Shown one piece after another: positions 1-9,637 of a DNA stretch of 64,000 nucleotides. This DNA comes from a virus. Taxonomy: Duplodnaviria > Caudoviricetes. A program made the position numbers and the translations under genes. Each line of letters opens with the position of its first letter. The stretch's first letter is position 1. Under the pieces are notes generated by a model. It had not been told where the DNA came from. It saw only the letters and a list, made by a program, of their open reading frames with translations, and ran no database searches. The stretch lies in IMG/VR virus record IMGVR_UViG_3300005838_000623, positions 1 through 64,000 of that record. One strand, given 5' to 3'.

Positions 1-1455
1 AACATAGTCTTTACCGTCCTTTAACGTTTTAACTCGCTTGAAGTTACCCATATGACCACCTCGACTCTCAATACCACTACTGTCAACAATAGGTTCACGT
101 CCAAAATTCATCTCAGTAAGTAAATCATCATGATCCCAGTTATAATTCGTTAGTAAATCTGTTACAATCTTCTTATAGTCGTCCGGCAATATGGTTATAT
201 TAAAATGATTTGGCATATGCATTAGGTTCAAGTACCATAGATCAACGTTAATCGAGCGTATCCATTCGAAGATATCGGGTATACTCTTTATGTTCAATAG
301 GCTTATTGTACTGCATATCTCTGTAGTCATGTTAAGAAACTTATTGTCGCATAGGTAATTTATATTATAGTTAACTTCTTCCCACTTAGCACCGTACCGT
401 TGATACTCGAATTTGTCTCCAATATCGTCTATACTGAAGGACATTTTAACCCACTTAAAGTGTGGCCAAATTTCTTCTAATGCGTGTTTAGGCAGCTGTG
501 TACCATTGGTATTATAGTGTAGGTCAATATTTTTAGCATAGCCTTTGTCTATAGCTACCTGCAGGAAGTCAAAATGTTCTTGTATAAGCCATGATTCACC
601 CCCGGTAAACTCTAAATGTACTATATTCGGCAGTAATTCATCTGCTAAGTTGCGCCAAAAAGCATCATTCTCACGTGGCCAATTACCCAATTTTAATCTC
701 TTATACGACATAGTTCGTTTTAAATGTTCTTTTGGCACGTTCTCAAACTCGTATGCTATATCCATCTCATCCTGAGACCATTTAGAACTACTAGCACTAC
801 CGCATATTCGGCACTTCAAATTGCATATAGAGCCTAATTTTAAATCAAGATACTTCATTGAAGAATCAGTTACCTCGTCAATGAATATAGTATTACTAAC
901 GTCGGAATGTTGACAAAAAGTTTCTGCCCAATGTATACGTTTACTCTTTATACCGGCATCTTCTTCATCCCAACATTTTTTACATGAACGTGGCTTTTTA
1001 CCTGCCTTAAAGTCCGATCTCAACTGTTTCATATAGTTGGATTGGAATACTTCAGACAATGTTGAATTATTTAAATGCCATACAGTTGGAATTGTTGCAT
1101 GCATACCATGGTGCCAATAATAATTATTAGGGTGAACTTGAAGTTTCTCTATAGTCAAATCTTCTTGTGTTAATGGCCAGTGTTTTGGGTCGGCAAGCTC
1201 GGCTGGTAATTCATTTGCTGATATTACATTGTCTGGCATTGCCGCAATCTCTTGATCTTCAGGGGATAATTCACTTAGATCCTTAAAGATTGGATTCTCT
1301 GCCATACAGCATTGCTTACATTCTCCTGTTGCACTCGCTTCTAAATGCATGAATGGTAGATAGCATAGTGTAGGTACTGCTTTAAACGCTGGACTCTTTC
1401 TCGTGATAAACTCTATAGAGTCTTTTAAATTATTTTTTGCTGATGATTCGGTCAT
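1..1455 (-). CDS. Radical SAM protein with N-terminal twitch/SPASM-like domain (3' end runs off the window; absent from ORF track)
   Basis: Manual translation from ATG 1455: MTESSAKNN...LCYLPFMH...CKQCCMAE...SCKKCWDEE...YLDLKLGSICNLKCRICGSASSSKW...FTGGESW; CxxxCxxC motif; no stop seen near the window edge. Confidence 0.85.
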   Translation of the reverse strand, partial: MTESSAKNNLKDSIEFITRKSPAFKAVPTLCYLPFMHLEASATGECKQCCMAENPIFKDLSELSPEDQEIAAMPDNVISANELPAELADPKHWPLTQEDLTIEKLQVHPNNYYWHHGMHATIPTVWHLNNSTLSEVFQSNYMKQLRSDFKAGKKPRSCKKCWDEEDAGIKSKRIHWAETFCQHSDVSNTIFIDEVTDSSMKYLDLKLGSICNLKCRICGSASSSKWSQDEMDIAYEFENVPKEHLKRTMSYKRLKLGNWPRENDAFWRNLADELLPNIVHLEFTGGESWLIQEHFDFLQVAIDKGYAKNIDLHYNTNGTQLPKHALEEIWPHFKWVKMSFSIDDIGDKFEYQRYGAKWEEVNYNINYLCDNKFLNMTTEICSTISLLNIKSIPDIFEWIRSINVDLWYLNLMHMPNHFNITILPDDYKKIVTDLLTNYNWDHDDLLTEMNFGREPIVDSSGIESRGGHMGNFKRVKTLKDGKDYV

Positions 1456-1586
1456 ATTAAAGATTTCCCCAGTAAGATCTACTATAGTAAACCACTGTGT
1501 TTATTACTCTGTCGTATACGGTTCGGCATAGTCAACCATTCACTGGAAGCCATCCTATAGAGCGGGCTCTGTCGCAACGTTCTTAT

Positions 1587-1615
1587 ATTATAACATTGTA
1601 TAGTCATTATGTCAA
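1587..1615 (-). promoter_or_regulatory. sigma70 consensus promoter
   Basis: Minus strand TTGACA (1615-1610), 17 bp spacer, TATAAT (1592-1587). Confidence 0.8.
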
Positions 1616-2851
1616 CCCTTTAAACTCTGGAAAGGTATTACTGAATGATTCGTTACGGATGGAATCCATCTTGGCCGTTAATTTGATAAAGTCTTCTAAC
1701 AATGTAGGTATACTCGGTTGTTGAATAAAGTTTATAGCACTCTTATAACCATTGGTTGCTCTTTGCATTGAGTCGATAGGACTGATATAGTCGATATGTT
1801 TATAATACTTAGCTATAATCGCTTCCTTGTCTATATCTTTAAGATTGTCTATACGGTAGTAGGGTGGATTCATCAGTATGTTAATGTTGAAATCTTGTGC
1901 TTTAATTAAACCCTTATCGATCCACTCACGGTGAAAGTCTGGCATATGATACGAATTCAGTATACTCAACGTGCAACTAATGTAGAAGTCAACGTCTGGG
2001 CATACCCGTAACATCTTCTCACGATTGGACTCTATATCTCCCCATACTGTTTCCTTCCTTATATACTCTCCTCGTATACCCGAACCGTCTAATGAAGCAC
2101 CTATACTAACGGAGTCAAACTCTTTCCACATATCCAGTATACTCAATTGCTTATATTTGAGTTGCGAAAAATTGGTATTGTATATTAACTTAACGTCTGT
2201 TCGACCTTGCTTAATCAACTCCGCAATAATCTCCCAATGTGCGGCCATCATTAGGGGTTCTCCACCAGCGAAATATATCTGTTCTACGTATGGTATATGC
2301 CTTAAACATTCTTCTATATCCAGGTTACACTCAATTACTTTAGTATGATCAGGCTTACTACCGTGTAATGCCTCATAGTCTTGATACCAATTAGAGCTAA
2401 AGAGTGGACCACACGATCGGCAACGGAAGTTACATAGGTTACTAAACCGAACATCCCAGTATACTATCTCGAACGGTGGCTCTATAGAACGCGCCTTACT
2501 AACGTGATGACCGAAATGTTTATTAGCTGATACCCGGCCGCTCATAAAGCCATTCTTATCTTGTTCATAACACTTAGTACACTCTGGTAATGCTATACCG
2601 TTTATCATTTTACGTCTTACGTTTACCATATGGTCACTATGCCAAATCTCCTCTAGGGTATTGTCGTTAAGATTACCTATAGGCATATCCATATCAGACA
2701 TACAGCATAGGTGAACGGTAGAGTCTGGGTATGCGTGAGTATGAATCCACGGTAAGATACAGAACGTAGGGTTCTCCGTTAATACTAATTGTTCGTATCG
2801 TGGAAGGTCTTCTAGGTTAACCTTTACTGGTCGTTTATCGTTATAGTCCAT
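1607..2851 (-). CDS. Radical SAM protein with N-terminal twitch/SPASM-like domain
   Basis: FCILPWIH...LCC...ECTKCY; CNFRCRSC; YFAGGEP; YNTN. Confidence 0.9.
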   Translation of the reverse strand: MDYNDKRPVKVNLEDLPRYEQLVLTENPTFCILPWIHTHAYPDSTVHLCCMSDMDMPIGNLNDNTLEEIWHSDHMVNVRRKMINGIALPECTKCYEQDKNGFMSGRVSANKHFGHHVSKARSIEPPFEIVYWDVRFSNLCNFRCRSCGPLFSSNWYQDYEALHGSKPDHTKVIECNLDIEECLRHIPYVEQIYFAGGEPLMMAAHWEIIAELIKQGRTDVKLIYNTNFSQLKYKQLSILDMWKEFDSVSIGASLDGSGIRGEYIRKETVWGDIESNREKMLRVCPDVDFYISCTLSILNSYHMPDFHREWIDKGLIKAQDFNINILMNPPYYRIDNLKDIDKEAIIAKYYKHIDYISPIDSMQRATNGYKSAINFIQQPSIPTLLEDFIKLTAKMDSIRNESFSNTFPEFKGLT

Positions 2852-2857
2852 AATTGA

Positions 2858-3094
2858 TTATATTCCTTTCGTTGAATAAAAGTTTATACGTTTAAACAAA
2901 ATAAAAAAGTTTTCAAAAACGTTGGGGCAATGTGACACAGAATAATATTTGGGCATGTTATGGCCCATGCATTTTTTTAGTCGCTCGAAATATTCTGCCC
3001 TATAGGAAAAATTTTTCTCTCGTTCGTGTAACGTAGAATCATCCGTCTCTGCGATCAATTGATATTTGCCAAATTCCTTCCCAACCTCTGCCAT
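2858..3094 (-). CDS. Hypothetical protein (doubtful)
   Basis: 78-aa ORF overlapping upstream ORF by 56 nt; spans homopolymer-rich, hairpin-containing DNA. Confidence 0.3.
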   Translation of the reverse strand: MAEVGKEFGKYQLIAETDDSTLHEREKNFSYRAEYFERLKKCMGHNMPKYYSVSHCPNVFENFFILFKRINFYSTKGI

Positions 3095-3305
3095 AACTTA
3101 CTTCATGCCCGGCCGGGTTCCAATCTACAGGATAAAACAGTACCTGTGGAAATGATGGTGCTACTATAAAGGATCCTTCTAACCATTTACCATTTATTCT
3201 AACTAAAAATTTCTCACCCGGGTAATCTACATTCAACGTCATACGCTTTTGACCACTGTTGGATTTCAATAATACATCCAAGTTGATTGGGTACAGTGAT
3301 ATCAT
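3039..3305 (-). CDS. Hypothetical protein
   Basis: 88-aa ORF, ATG start, same strand as the cluster. Confidence 0.55.
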   Translation of the reverse strand: MISLYPINLDVLLKSNSGQKRMTLNVDYPGEKFLVRINGKWLEGSFIVAPSFPQVLFYPVDWNPAGHEVSYGRGWEGIWQISIDRRDG

Positions 3306-3347
3306 GTTTAATTAAAGAATAGCAACATAATAAGTGGCTGAGAATTC

Positions 3348-3674
3348 TCAAAGAAGGGCACCATAAAACAAGGTACGTATAGAATATTGTCTATGATCAT
3401 ACGAGTATTTAGTGTGCTTACTGTTATGTTCATTCATAAATTCACGATACTCGTCAATCTTATTTTCATGCACACATGCAAGTCTAACCATTGCAACTTT
3501 ATTTTCAAATATAGTATTGAAACTTTCCAATACTTGTTGTTGAAATGCTGTATCCACTATTTGTGTTTCACATAAATCATTAGTTTCAAACGTAGTTACT
3601 TCATTAATAGTATACCAGTATTGAGGAAGTCCACTATTAAGGAGTACTACTATCATAGCAATAATATAAGTCAT
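3348..3674 (-). CDS. Hypothetical protein with hydrophobic N-terminus
   Basis: MTYIIAMIVVLLNSG signal/TM-like start; two Cys. Confidence 0.6.
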   Translation of the reverse strand: MTYIIAMIVVLLNSGLPQYWYTINEVTTFETNDLCETQIVDTAFQQQVLESFNTIFENKVAMVRLACVHENKIDEYREFMNEHNSKHTKYSYDHRQYSIRTLFYGALL

Positions 3675-3752
3675 GTTGTTCCGATCCTATATCTGTAGTG
3701 TATAAAATTTTCGCCAGACCAGGTATTCGGCTGGGTGTGACTCGGCGCCGCC

Positions 3753-5066
3753 CTACTCATTGTATAATTGCCCTAGTTCTGGGAATACTTCTAATAAGTT
3801 TTCGTTGCGATGCGTGTCGTATTTGTTTATTTCTTCTTTAAACTTCGGTAGTAAGTCTGTTCTGTCTTCGCTCATCATAAAGTTTATTGCGGCGTCAAAG
3901 CCGTTTGATGCTCGTTGAATATCATCTGTATCCTTAATATTATTTAAATGTTCTGTGTATAGTACTTTTATTTCTTCCTTCATCGTTGTTGGTAGTATAG
4001 TAGTTCTGTAGTAGTCGGGTCCTTGTAATATGTTTACGTGGAAGTCGAACACTTGTATTAATCCTTTATTGACCCAATCATTGTGAAAGTCTGGTAAGTG
4101 ATAAGCGTTTAATACTTGTAGCGTGGCACTTGGGAAGAAGTCTACATCAGGACATACTTGTAGCATTTCGGTTCTGTTGCGTTCTATTGTGTCCCAGTGT
4201 GTTCCTTTCCTGATGTATTCTGCTCGCTTTCCCATTCCGTCTAGAGATGCGCCTATGGAAACGTCTTCGAACTCTTTCCATACATCAAATACTAAGCGAC
4301 CTTTATACTTAACTTCACTAAAATTAGTGTTGTATATTAACTGTGTATCGAACTTCTTTCGTTTAACTAGTTCATCTATTAGTTTCCAATGCTCTTCCAT
4401 CATAAGAGGTTCGCCGCCAGCAAAGTATATCTTGTCCAAGTTATCTATGTATGGTTCTATCATTTCCCAGTTGGTGTGTTTGTTGCCTGTAGTGTATTCT
4501 ATTTTAAACGAAGTACCGCCATACATCTCATTAAGCTCTTTACCCCATACAGAACTAAATTGTGGTCCACACATGCGGCATTTAAAGTTACATTGATTGG
4601 TAAAACGTGTGTCCCAGTATATAATATTAGGCAACGAAGCACCATCATGTAGTGTGCCGTTTATTGTTTCTATAGCGTATGCGAAGTTTCTATTGCTTTC
4701 GTTACGTAATGAGTAGAAGCCATTACGTTCTTTCTCATAACAGTTAACACATTCTTTACACGGGATACCATTGAGCATGTTGTGTCGCATGGTACGATAT
4801 GGCGCATCATTCCATATATCTTCTACTGTGTCGTTACGTAAGTTGCCTACTGGTTCTTCGGAGACAGATATACAACATGGATAAGCTTCTCCAGTAGACG
4901 AACCATGTATGTGTATCCACGGCAGTATACAAAAGTGTTTGCTTTCCGTTAATAAATTATATTGTTTGGGTGTAAAAAATTCTACAGGTAATTGTTGTTT
5001 GTTCTTATCTAACAGTACTGTTTTGGAATCGTAAGGGTTGTCCTTACTTAAAAATCCCTTATCCAT
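3753..5066 (-). CDS. Radical SAM protein with N-terminal twitch/SPASM-like domain
   Basis: FCILPWIH...YPCC...ECVNCY; CNFKCRMC; YFAGGEP; close paralog of 1607-2851. Confidence 0.9.
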   Translation of the reverse strand: MDKGFLSKDNPYDSKTVLLDKNKQQLPVEFFTPKQYNLLTESKHFCILPWIHIHGSSTGEAYPCCISVSEEPVGNLRNDTVEDIWNDAPYRTMRHNMLNGIPCKECVNCYEKERNGFYSLRNESNRNFAYAIETINGTLHDGASLPNIIYWDTRFTNQCNFKCRMCGPQFSSVWGKELNEMYGGTSFKIEYTTGNKHTNWEMIEPYIDNLDKIYFAGGEPLMMEEHWKLIDELVKRKKFDTQLIYNTNFSEVKYKGRLVFDVWKEFEDVSIGASLDGMGKRAEYIRKGTHWDTIERNRTEMLQVCPDVDFFPSATLQVLNAYHLPDFHNDWVNKGLIQVFDFHVNILQGPDYYRTTILPTTMKEEIKVLYTEHLNNIKDTDDIQRASNGFDAAINFMMSEDRTDLLPKFKEEINKYDTHRNENLLEVFPELGQLYNE

Positions 5067-6429
5067 TAGATAGTGTTCCGTACCATCGTTCTAAGTTAGG
5101 AAACGTCTGTATGAGGTTTTTGCCTCTACGTTCATCATATTGTCTATAAAAGTGATAGAAGTCATTCTCTAAAGCAGGTTGTTCAAACGTATCGCTGTGT
5201 GGTTTGTCTACTACATCTAAGTAGTCTATTAAACGGTTTATATGATTCTTTTCCATCTCATGCAAAAGCGGGTTATCAAAATTAAGTATTCGCCACAAAC
5301 TTAGGGTATAACGATAACTCGAGCGCAAGTATTTTGGTAGCACTAACGGTGATTGGAATGATGGAAAGCGTAATATGTTTAGAGTAAACGTTGGAAAATC
5401 CTCTCCGTACTCGCTCTTTAACAGCAGTACAAAGTCCAGGAACTTAGGTAACGAGTCTAAACATAAACTGTTTACAGTACACATCATATGAAAGCCTTCT
5501 AAGTTGCCTTCTTTGCACACACGATGGACGTTATTAACCCAAGTATCCCACTCTAACCCGTCTCTAATATACTCTGCTTGTGCGCCAAATGCTTCACAAG
5601 ATGTGTATAGATGTAAGTGGGGTACGTGTTGTGCGTTTTCTATAAAGCGATCTATTAGATCGTCTTTAGCACCTAAGTTAGAGTTAATAGCGAGCCGCAT
5701 ATCGGACTTCTTATTGGTAGTTCTAAACCAATCAAACAACTTCCATATCTCACCAGCCATCATAGGTTCACCACCAGTAATGCGTAGTTCGTCTAGTGTG
5801 TCGTGTAACTCTAACTCCCACCATTTCCAAAAGGCTTCTACGTATGGGTTAACTTCGTCGTGCTTGTATAACTGTGCTTCGTTGTGTTCGTGTGTAAAAT
5901 GGTTGCGTCCGTCTGACTTTAACTGTGTATACGCACCGTTGTTCTTTACATCTTTAACCCAAGAACTACTAAAGGCGGGATTGCAATAAGAGCAACTAAA
6001 ATTACAAGTCCTATCAAAGGCAATTTCCAATGTACGTAGAGCAAAATTCTCTGTAGGTTCTTCTTGTTTAACATGATATACGTCTTCCTCGTCGTATATA
6101 ACAGACTTATGGACACGATCAGAGATAGCGTCGGGTCCAATGTCTTCTATCTTCCAGCAATACTCACAGCCTGGTGGACGTTCGCCCGCAAGCATTTGTG
6201 TTCTATCCTGCTTCTTTTGCTGTGTGTTGTGTATAGCGGCAGGGTTTGTTGCTAGTTCTTTAATGTCTATCTTATGTGCTGGAGGGTGATGGCAACTAGT
6301 AGTCATACCACTCCCAAGCCATATGGTAGCATTGCGCCATTTAGCCATACAAAAGGATGGACTTACTGTGGTGTTAAGCCATCGCTTAATGTCTAAATCT
6401 GTTTCCCTACCCGGCGTTCTTAGCGTCAT
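5059..6429 (-). CDS. Radical SAM protein (second subtype)
   Basis: FCMAKW...SCHHP...CEYCW; CNFSCSYC; ITGGEP. Confidence 0.9.
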   Translation of the reverse strand: MTLRTPGRETDLDIKRWLNTTVSPSFCMAKWRNATIWLGSGMTTSCHHPPAHKIDIKELATNPAAIHNTQQKKQDRTQMLAGERPPGCEYCWKIEDIGPDAISDRVHKSVIYDEEDVYHVKQEEPTENFALRTLEIAFDRTCNFSCSYCNPAFSSSWVKDVKNNGAYTQLKSDGRNHFTHEHNEAQLYKHDEVNPYVEAFWKWWELELHDTLDELRITGGEPMMAGEIWKLFDWFRTTNKKSDMRLAINSNLGAKDDLIDRFIENAQHVPHLHLYTSCEAFGAQAEYIRDGLEWDTWVNNVHRVCKEGNLEGFHMMCTVNSLCLDSLPKFLDFVLLLKSEYGEDFPTFTLNILRFPSFQSPLVLPKYLRSSYRYTLSLWRILNFDNPLLHEMEKNHINRLIDYLDVVDKPHSDTFEQPALENDFYHFYRQYDERRGKNLIQTFPNLERWYGTLSNG

Positions 6430-6761
6430 AACATTCCCATTTCTAGTTTAGCATGTTCTGGTATCATCTCTGGCCCCCAAGTTGGGTCAAACGTCATATC
6501 TACTTTAATGTCATTGAGACCACCAACGTCACATGCCTCATTTACTTGTTGATATAACATGTCGCCAACAGGGCAAAACGGTGATGTTAACGTCATTGTT
6601 ACTGTTAAGTTTAAATCCTCAGTAATATCTATGTCATATATTAAACCTAAGTCGTATATATTGATATGTATTTCAGGATCATATATCTGTCGTAAGTTGT
6701 TTACTATTTGATCTACTATAGGATCAATGCCTTCTTCATATGTTGTTGCGTGTGTGTTCAT
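6426..6761 (-). CDS. sufT: SufT / DUF59 (MIP18/PaaD-like) Fe-S cluster maturation protein
   Basis: DPEIHINIYDLGLIYDI, TLTSPFCP, FDPTW motifs of the DUF59 family. Confidence 0.85.
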   Translation of the reverse strand: MNTHATTYEEGIDPIVDQIVNNLRQIYDPEIHINIYDLGLIYDIDITEDLNLTVTMTLTSPFCPVGDMLYQQVNEACDVGGLNDIKVDMTFDPTWGPEMIPEHAKLEMGML

Positions 6762-8188
6762 AATTGTGCTAACCTCTTACATTCTTCCCACCAGTCTATC
6801 ATCTCTGGGAATGTTTCTATAAAGTTAGTGCCACGACGGGTGTCGTGCTCGTTAAAAAAGCGATAAAAGTCTGCTTTACAATTGTTTACATATACTGGAT
6901 CTAACTTACTACCTTCCTGCCACCATGCTAAGTCTCTATGCATACGTTGAATTTCATAATCTTTAAAGCCTTTAAAGCGAGATTTCTCGTCTTCCATGTT
7001 ATCTAACATCCAACATGTGTTCTCTTCGTGTATATCTTGGTATGGTTCAGGCAATAACTGTATGCTTTGCCAAGCAGGCTGTCGTAATAGCGGTGTATCA
7101 AACCATATACGTTGATAAGTTTCACTATATGCTTGTCGCAAACCGTGTATATAGCCTAATAACTTATCCATTCCTGTAATACTTAAATTGTTATATGTTA
7201 TAATAAACGTTAAAGAGTTTCTATACGGAACTTCCGTTAAGTATGTGTTGATATTATCGCACATCTTATTAAAGTCTAACCCATTACGTATATACTCGGC
7301 TTGTTCCAGCCAACTGTCTACACTAACGTATTGCATAAAGTGTTCTACTTTCTCTTCCAAGCATATGCGTTTAACTTTTTCTAAGTATTTGTCAAACAAT
7401 TTGTTGTCTACTGGACTAAAGTTACTTGTAACGTTTAAATGTAAGTCGCTTTTGGGATTGTCTATAATGTAATCAAATACTTTATGTGTATTTTTATCCA
7501 TCATAGGCTCACCACCAGTCATACGGAAATGCTTTAAGTCTTTATATAAGTCAGGCCACCACTCCCAAAACGCTTCTACATAAGGATTATACTTGCTGTG
7601 TGGTATGCAAGGGTTAATCTCAAAGTGTTCAGGTGCGTTATGTGGTTTAGATGTAGGCCAGGCACCGTGTTGTTTCATTTCTTTATCCCACGCAGTACTA
7701 AATTGCGGACTGCAATAACTACATTTTAAGTTACAGTTGTGGTTAAAGTTTACTTCTACATAACGCGGGTTCTTATCAGCATCCCAAGGAGCATTAACTA
7801 CTTCGTCAAAGTCCATTGCGGCCCACGGCTCACCACTTCTGTAATGCCTATCACTCATATGCCCAGTATCTTCTATGTTCCAACAGTACTGACACTCGCT
7901 AGGACGTACACCTTCTAGCATAAGTTTACGCATTTCTTTCTTATGTTGGGTGTTGTGTAGAGCAGACGGTGTGCCTAACTCCATTTTATGTAGTGGTGGG
8001 TGGTAACAACTGTTGTTTAATCCAGTTGGTAAATGTAAACTAACTTGGTTCCACTTTGCAAGACAAAAGGATGGTGATACAGAGTCTAACTGTACTTTAA
8101 TATCCTCGGCACTTCTATAGAAATCTGACTTAAACTTACCATCCTTAACTTCTATTTTGTCGCCCTTATTGTCTTTAAAAAGTTCCAT
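6758..8188 (-). CDS. Radical SAM protein (second subtype)
   Basis: FCLAKW...SCYHP...CQYCW; CNLKCSYC; MTGGEP; paralog of 5059-6429. Confidence 0.9.
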   Translation of the reverse strand: MELFKDNKGDKIEVKDGKFKSDFYRSAEDIKVQLDSVSPSFCLAKWNQVSLHLPTGLNNSCYHPPLHKMELGTPSALHNTQHKKEMRKLMLEGVRPSECQYCWNIEDTGHMSDRHYRSGEPWAAMDFDEVVNAPWDADKNPRYVEVNFNHNCNLKCSYCSPQFSTAWDKEMKQHGAWPTSKPHNAPEHFEINPCIPHSKYNPYVEAFWEWWPDLYKDLKHFRMTGGEPMMDKNTHKVFDYIIDNPKSDLHLNVTSNFSPVDNKLFDKYLEKVKRICLEEKVEHFMQYVSVDSWLEQAEYIRNGLDFNKMCDNINTYLTEVPYRNSLTFIITYNNLSITGMDKLLGYIHGLRQAYSETYQRIWFDTPLLRQPAWQSIQLLPEPYQDIHEENTCWMLDNMEDEKSRFKGFKDYEIQRMHRDLAWWQEGSKLDPVYVNNCKADFYRFFNEHDTRRGTNFIETFPEMIDWWEECKRLAQL

Positions 8189-8358
8189 AGTTTACTTAGG
8201 CTTTTTCTTTTTCTTTGTTTTATCTTTACCTGGTTTGTCTCTACTTTTACTTTCCATCCTTGCCTCCCTTTTTTTCTAGTTGTATCAGTAGGTCCAAACT
8301 CTCCCATGCTTTTACCATGTAGTTTAGTTCTACTAAAGTTATAAAGGTCATGATTCAT
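8152..8358 (-). CDS. Small basic hypothetical protein
   Basis: 68 aa, K/R-rich; start overlaps stop of upstream gene. Confidence 0.5.
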   Translation of the reverse strand: MNHDLYNFSRTKLHGKSMGEFGPTDTTRKKGRQGWKVKVETNQVKIKQRKRKSLSKLWNFLKTIRATK

Positions 8359-9284
8359 TACCAGCCTTCAATGCCGCGTATTACATCTAATTCTTGTATC
8401 ATTATATCATAGTTTGTGTGCTTGCTGTAATGTGTTTTAAAGAACTTACTTGCTTCAGCATCCATTTCGCATATAGGCATACCTAATTTGTTCTGTAATA
8501 TTTCTCCTATACGCTCTGCTTCATCCCATGGGTTTTGCATTTCGTATTCTCCATGATATATCTCATTGAGGTATGTAAAGTCTCTTACATTAATGTAATC
8601 CCAATCGGTAAGCATAGTTAAATATGTGCCTAACCGTGCGCCGTATATACTCCATATGCCGTGCTCAACATCGCGTCCTACAGTTTGCCATATACATAAG
8701 TTATCTAAGTTACGAGCGTGTATTTGTTGTTCAAATGTTTTTAAATCAGGTTTAGTTCCTTTGTTTAAAACCATCTTAACACCTTCTCTAAACCCAGCAC
8801 GCCATGCGTGTAATGCTGAACCATTTGGGTATGTTGTGCTATAGCAGTTATGCATTGGTCTGTAGTTGTCGTCAAAACAAAACTCTACTAATGTTTCATC
8901 AGAACCATCAGTGTTCTCATGTGTAGTCATGTTTAAAACAAAGTCCACAGGCCAACAACTTAACCCACCATTACCATACATTAGTCCGTTTATAATATTA
9001 CGACCCTTCCATCTAAACACACAATGTTTAGTAACATCATCCAATGTTAATTGTAAGTTAAAAAACTCTGGGTCGGGTAAGTTATCACCGTCTATTAAAA
9101 CAAATCGTCCTGAGGGAGAAGCTCTAGCCGCGGCCTTGTGTGCGGCATCTGATCCTTCTATACCATCAATGTGTATTGCCCATGGCACCATGTTTAGTAT
9201 CTTGGCCCAAAACTCATCCTTTTGTGGCTCATCGTATGTTAAGTATATGCAATCTAAGTCAGCAATGTCAACTATTTCAGTCAT
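8358..9284 (-). CDS. Glycosyltransferase-like protein (GT-A fold)
   Basis: FVLIDGDN DxD motif, YLTYDEP, YGNGG; likely start ATG 9284 after AGGAAGGA SD. Confidence 0.65.
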   Translation of the reverse strand: MTEIVDIADLDCIYLTYDEPQKDEFWAKILNMVPWAIHIDGIEGSDAAHKAAARASPSGRFVLIDGDNLPDPEFFNLQLTLDDVTKHCVFRWKGRNIINGLMYGNGGLSCWPVDFVLNMTTHENTDGSDETLVEFCFDDNYRPMHNCYSTTYPNGSALHAWRAGFREGVKMVLNKGTKPDLKTFEQQIHARNLDNLCIWQTVGRDVEHGIWSIYGARLGTYLTMLTDWDYINVRDFTYLNEIYHGEYEMQNPWDEAERIGEILQNKLGMPICEMDAEASKFFKTHYSKHTNYDIMIQELDVIRGIEGW

Positions 9285-9627
9285 ATTCCTTCCTAAACAT
9301 ATCAAGACATATTCGATAGTTAATACATTTTACTAAGTGGTGGTGTCCGTTTGGATAAAATGAATTTGGCCGTGCCGCCAGGCCTGGCCATGACCGTCTT
9401 TGTTCGGATGTTCTCGCAAGTAATTCTTTTCTACATATAGCATCCATACGTAAATTAGGATTAAAGTTCTGGAATATACGATGTGTAGTCATTATATCTT
9501 GCGCCGCACCCCGACACTCTCCTTCCGAATGCATTCGTATTTGATACCAAACATCATTCTCACCTTGGTAATGTCCACTAAATGGACCTACACTCAACAT
9601 TATCATTAATAACCATGGTTCCCACAT
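9277..9627 (-). CDS. Hypothetical protein with hydrophobic N-terminus
   Basis: 116 aa, SD-like AGGA upstream, tight operon packing. Confidence 0.6.
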   Translation of the reverse strand: MWEPWLLMIMLSVGPFSGHYQGENDVWYQIRMHSEGECRGAAQDIMTTHRIFQNFNPNLRMDAICRKELLARTSEQRRSWPGLAARPNSFYPNGHHHLVKCINYRICLDMFRKEYD

Positions 9628-9637
9628 TGTTATTTCC

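Noticed and set aside
2852-3040. Inverted repeats (TGGGC/GCCCA with T tract; CAGAATA/TATTCTG)
   Set aside because: Short and imperfect, terminator orientation opposes local genes, and they overlap a doubtful ORF; no supportable call
8152-8358. Possible RiPP precursor for the radical SAM cluster
   Set aside because: No Cys/Trp-patterned core or leader, and no RRE, protease or transporter nearby; other small ORFs equally unconvincing
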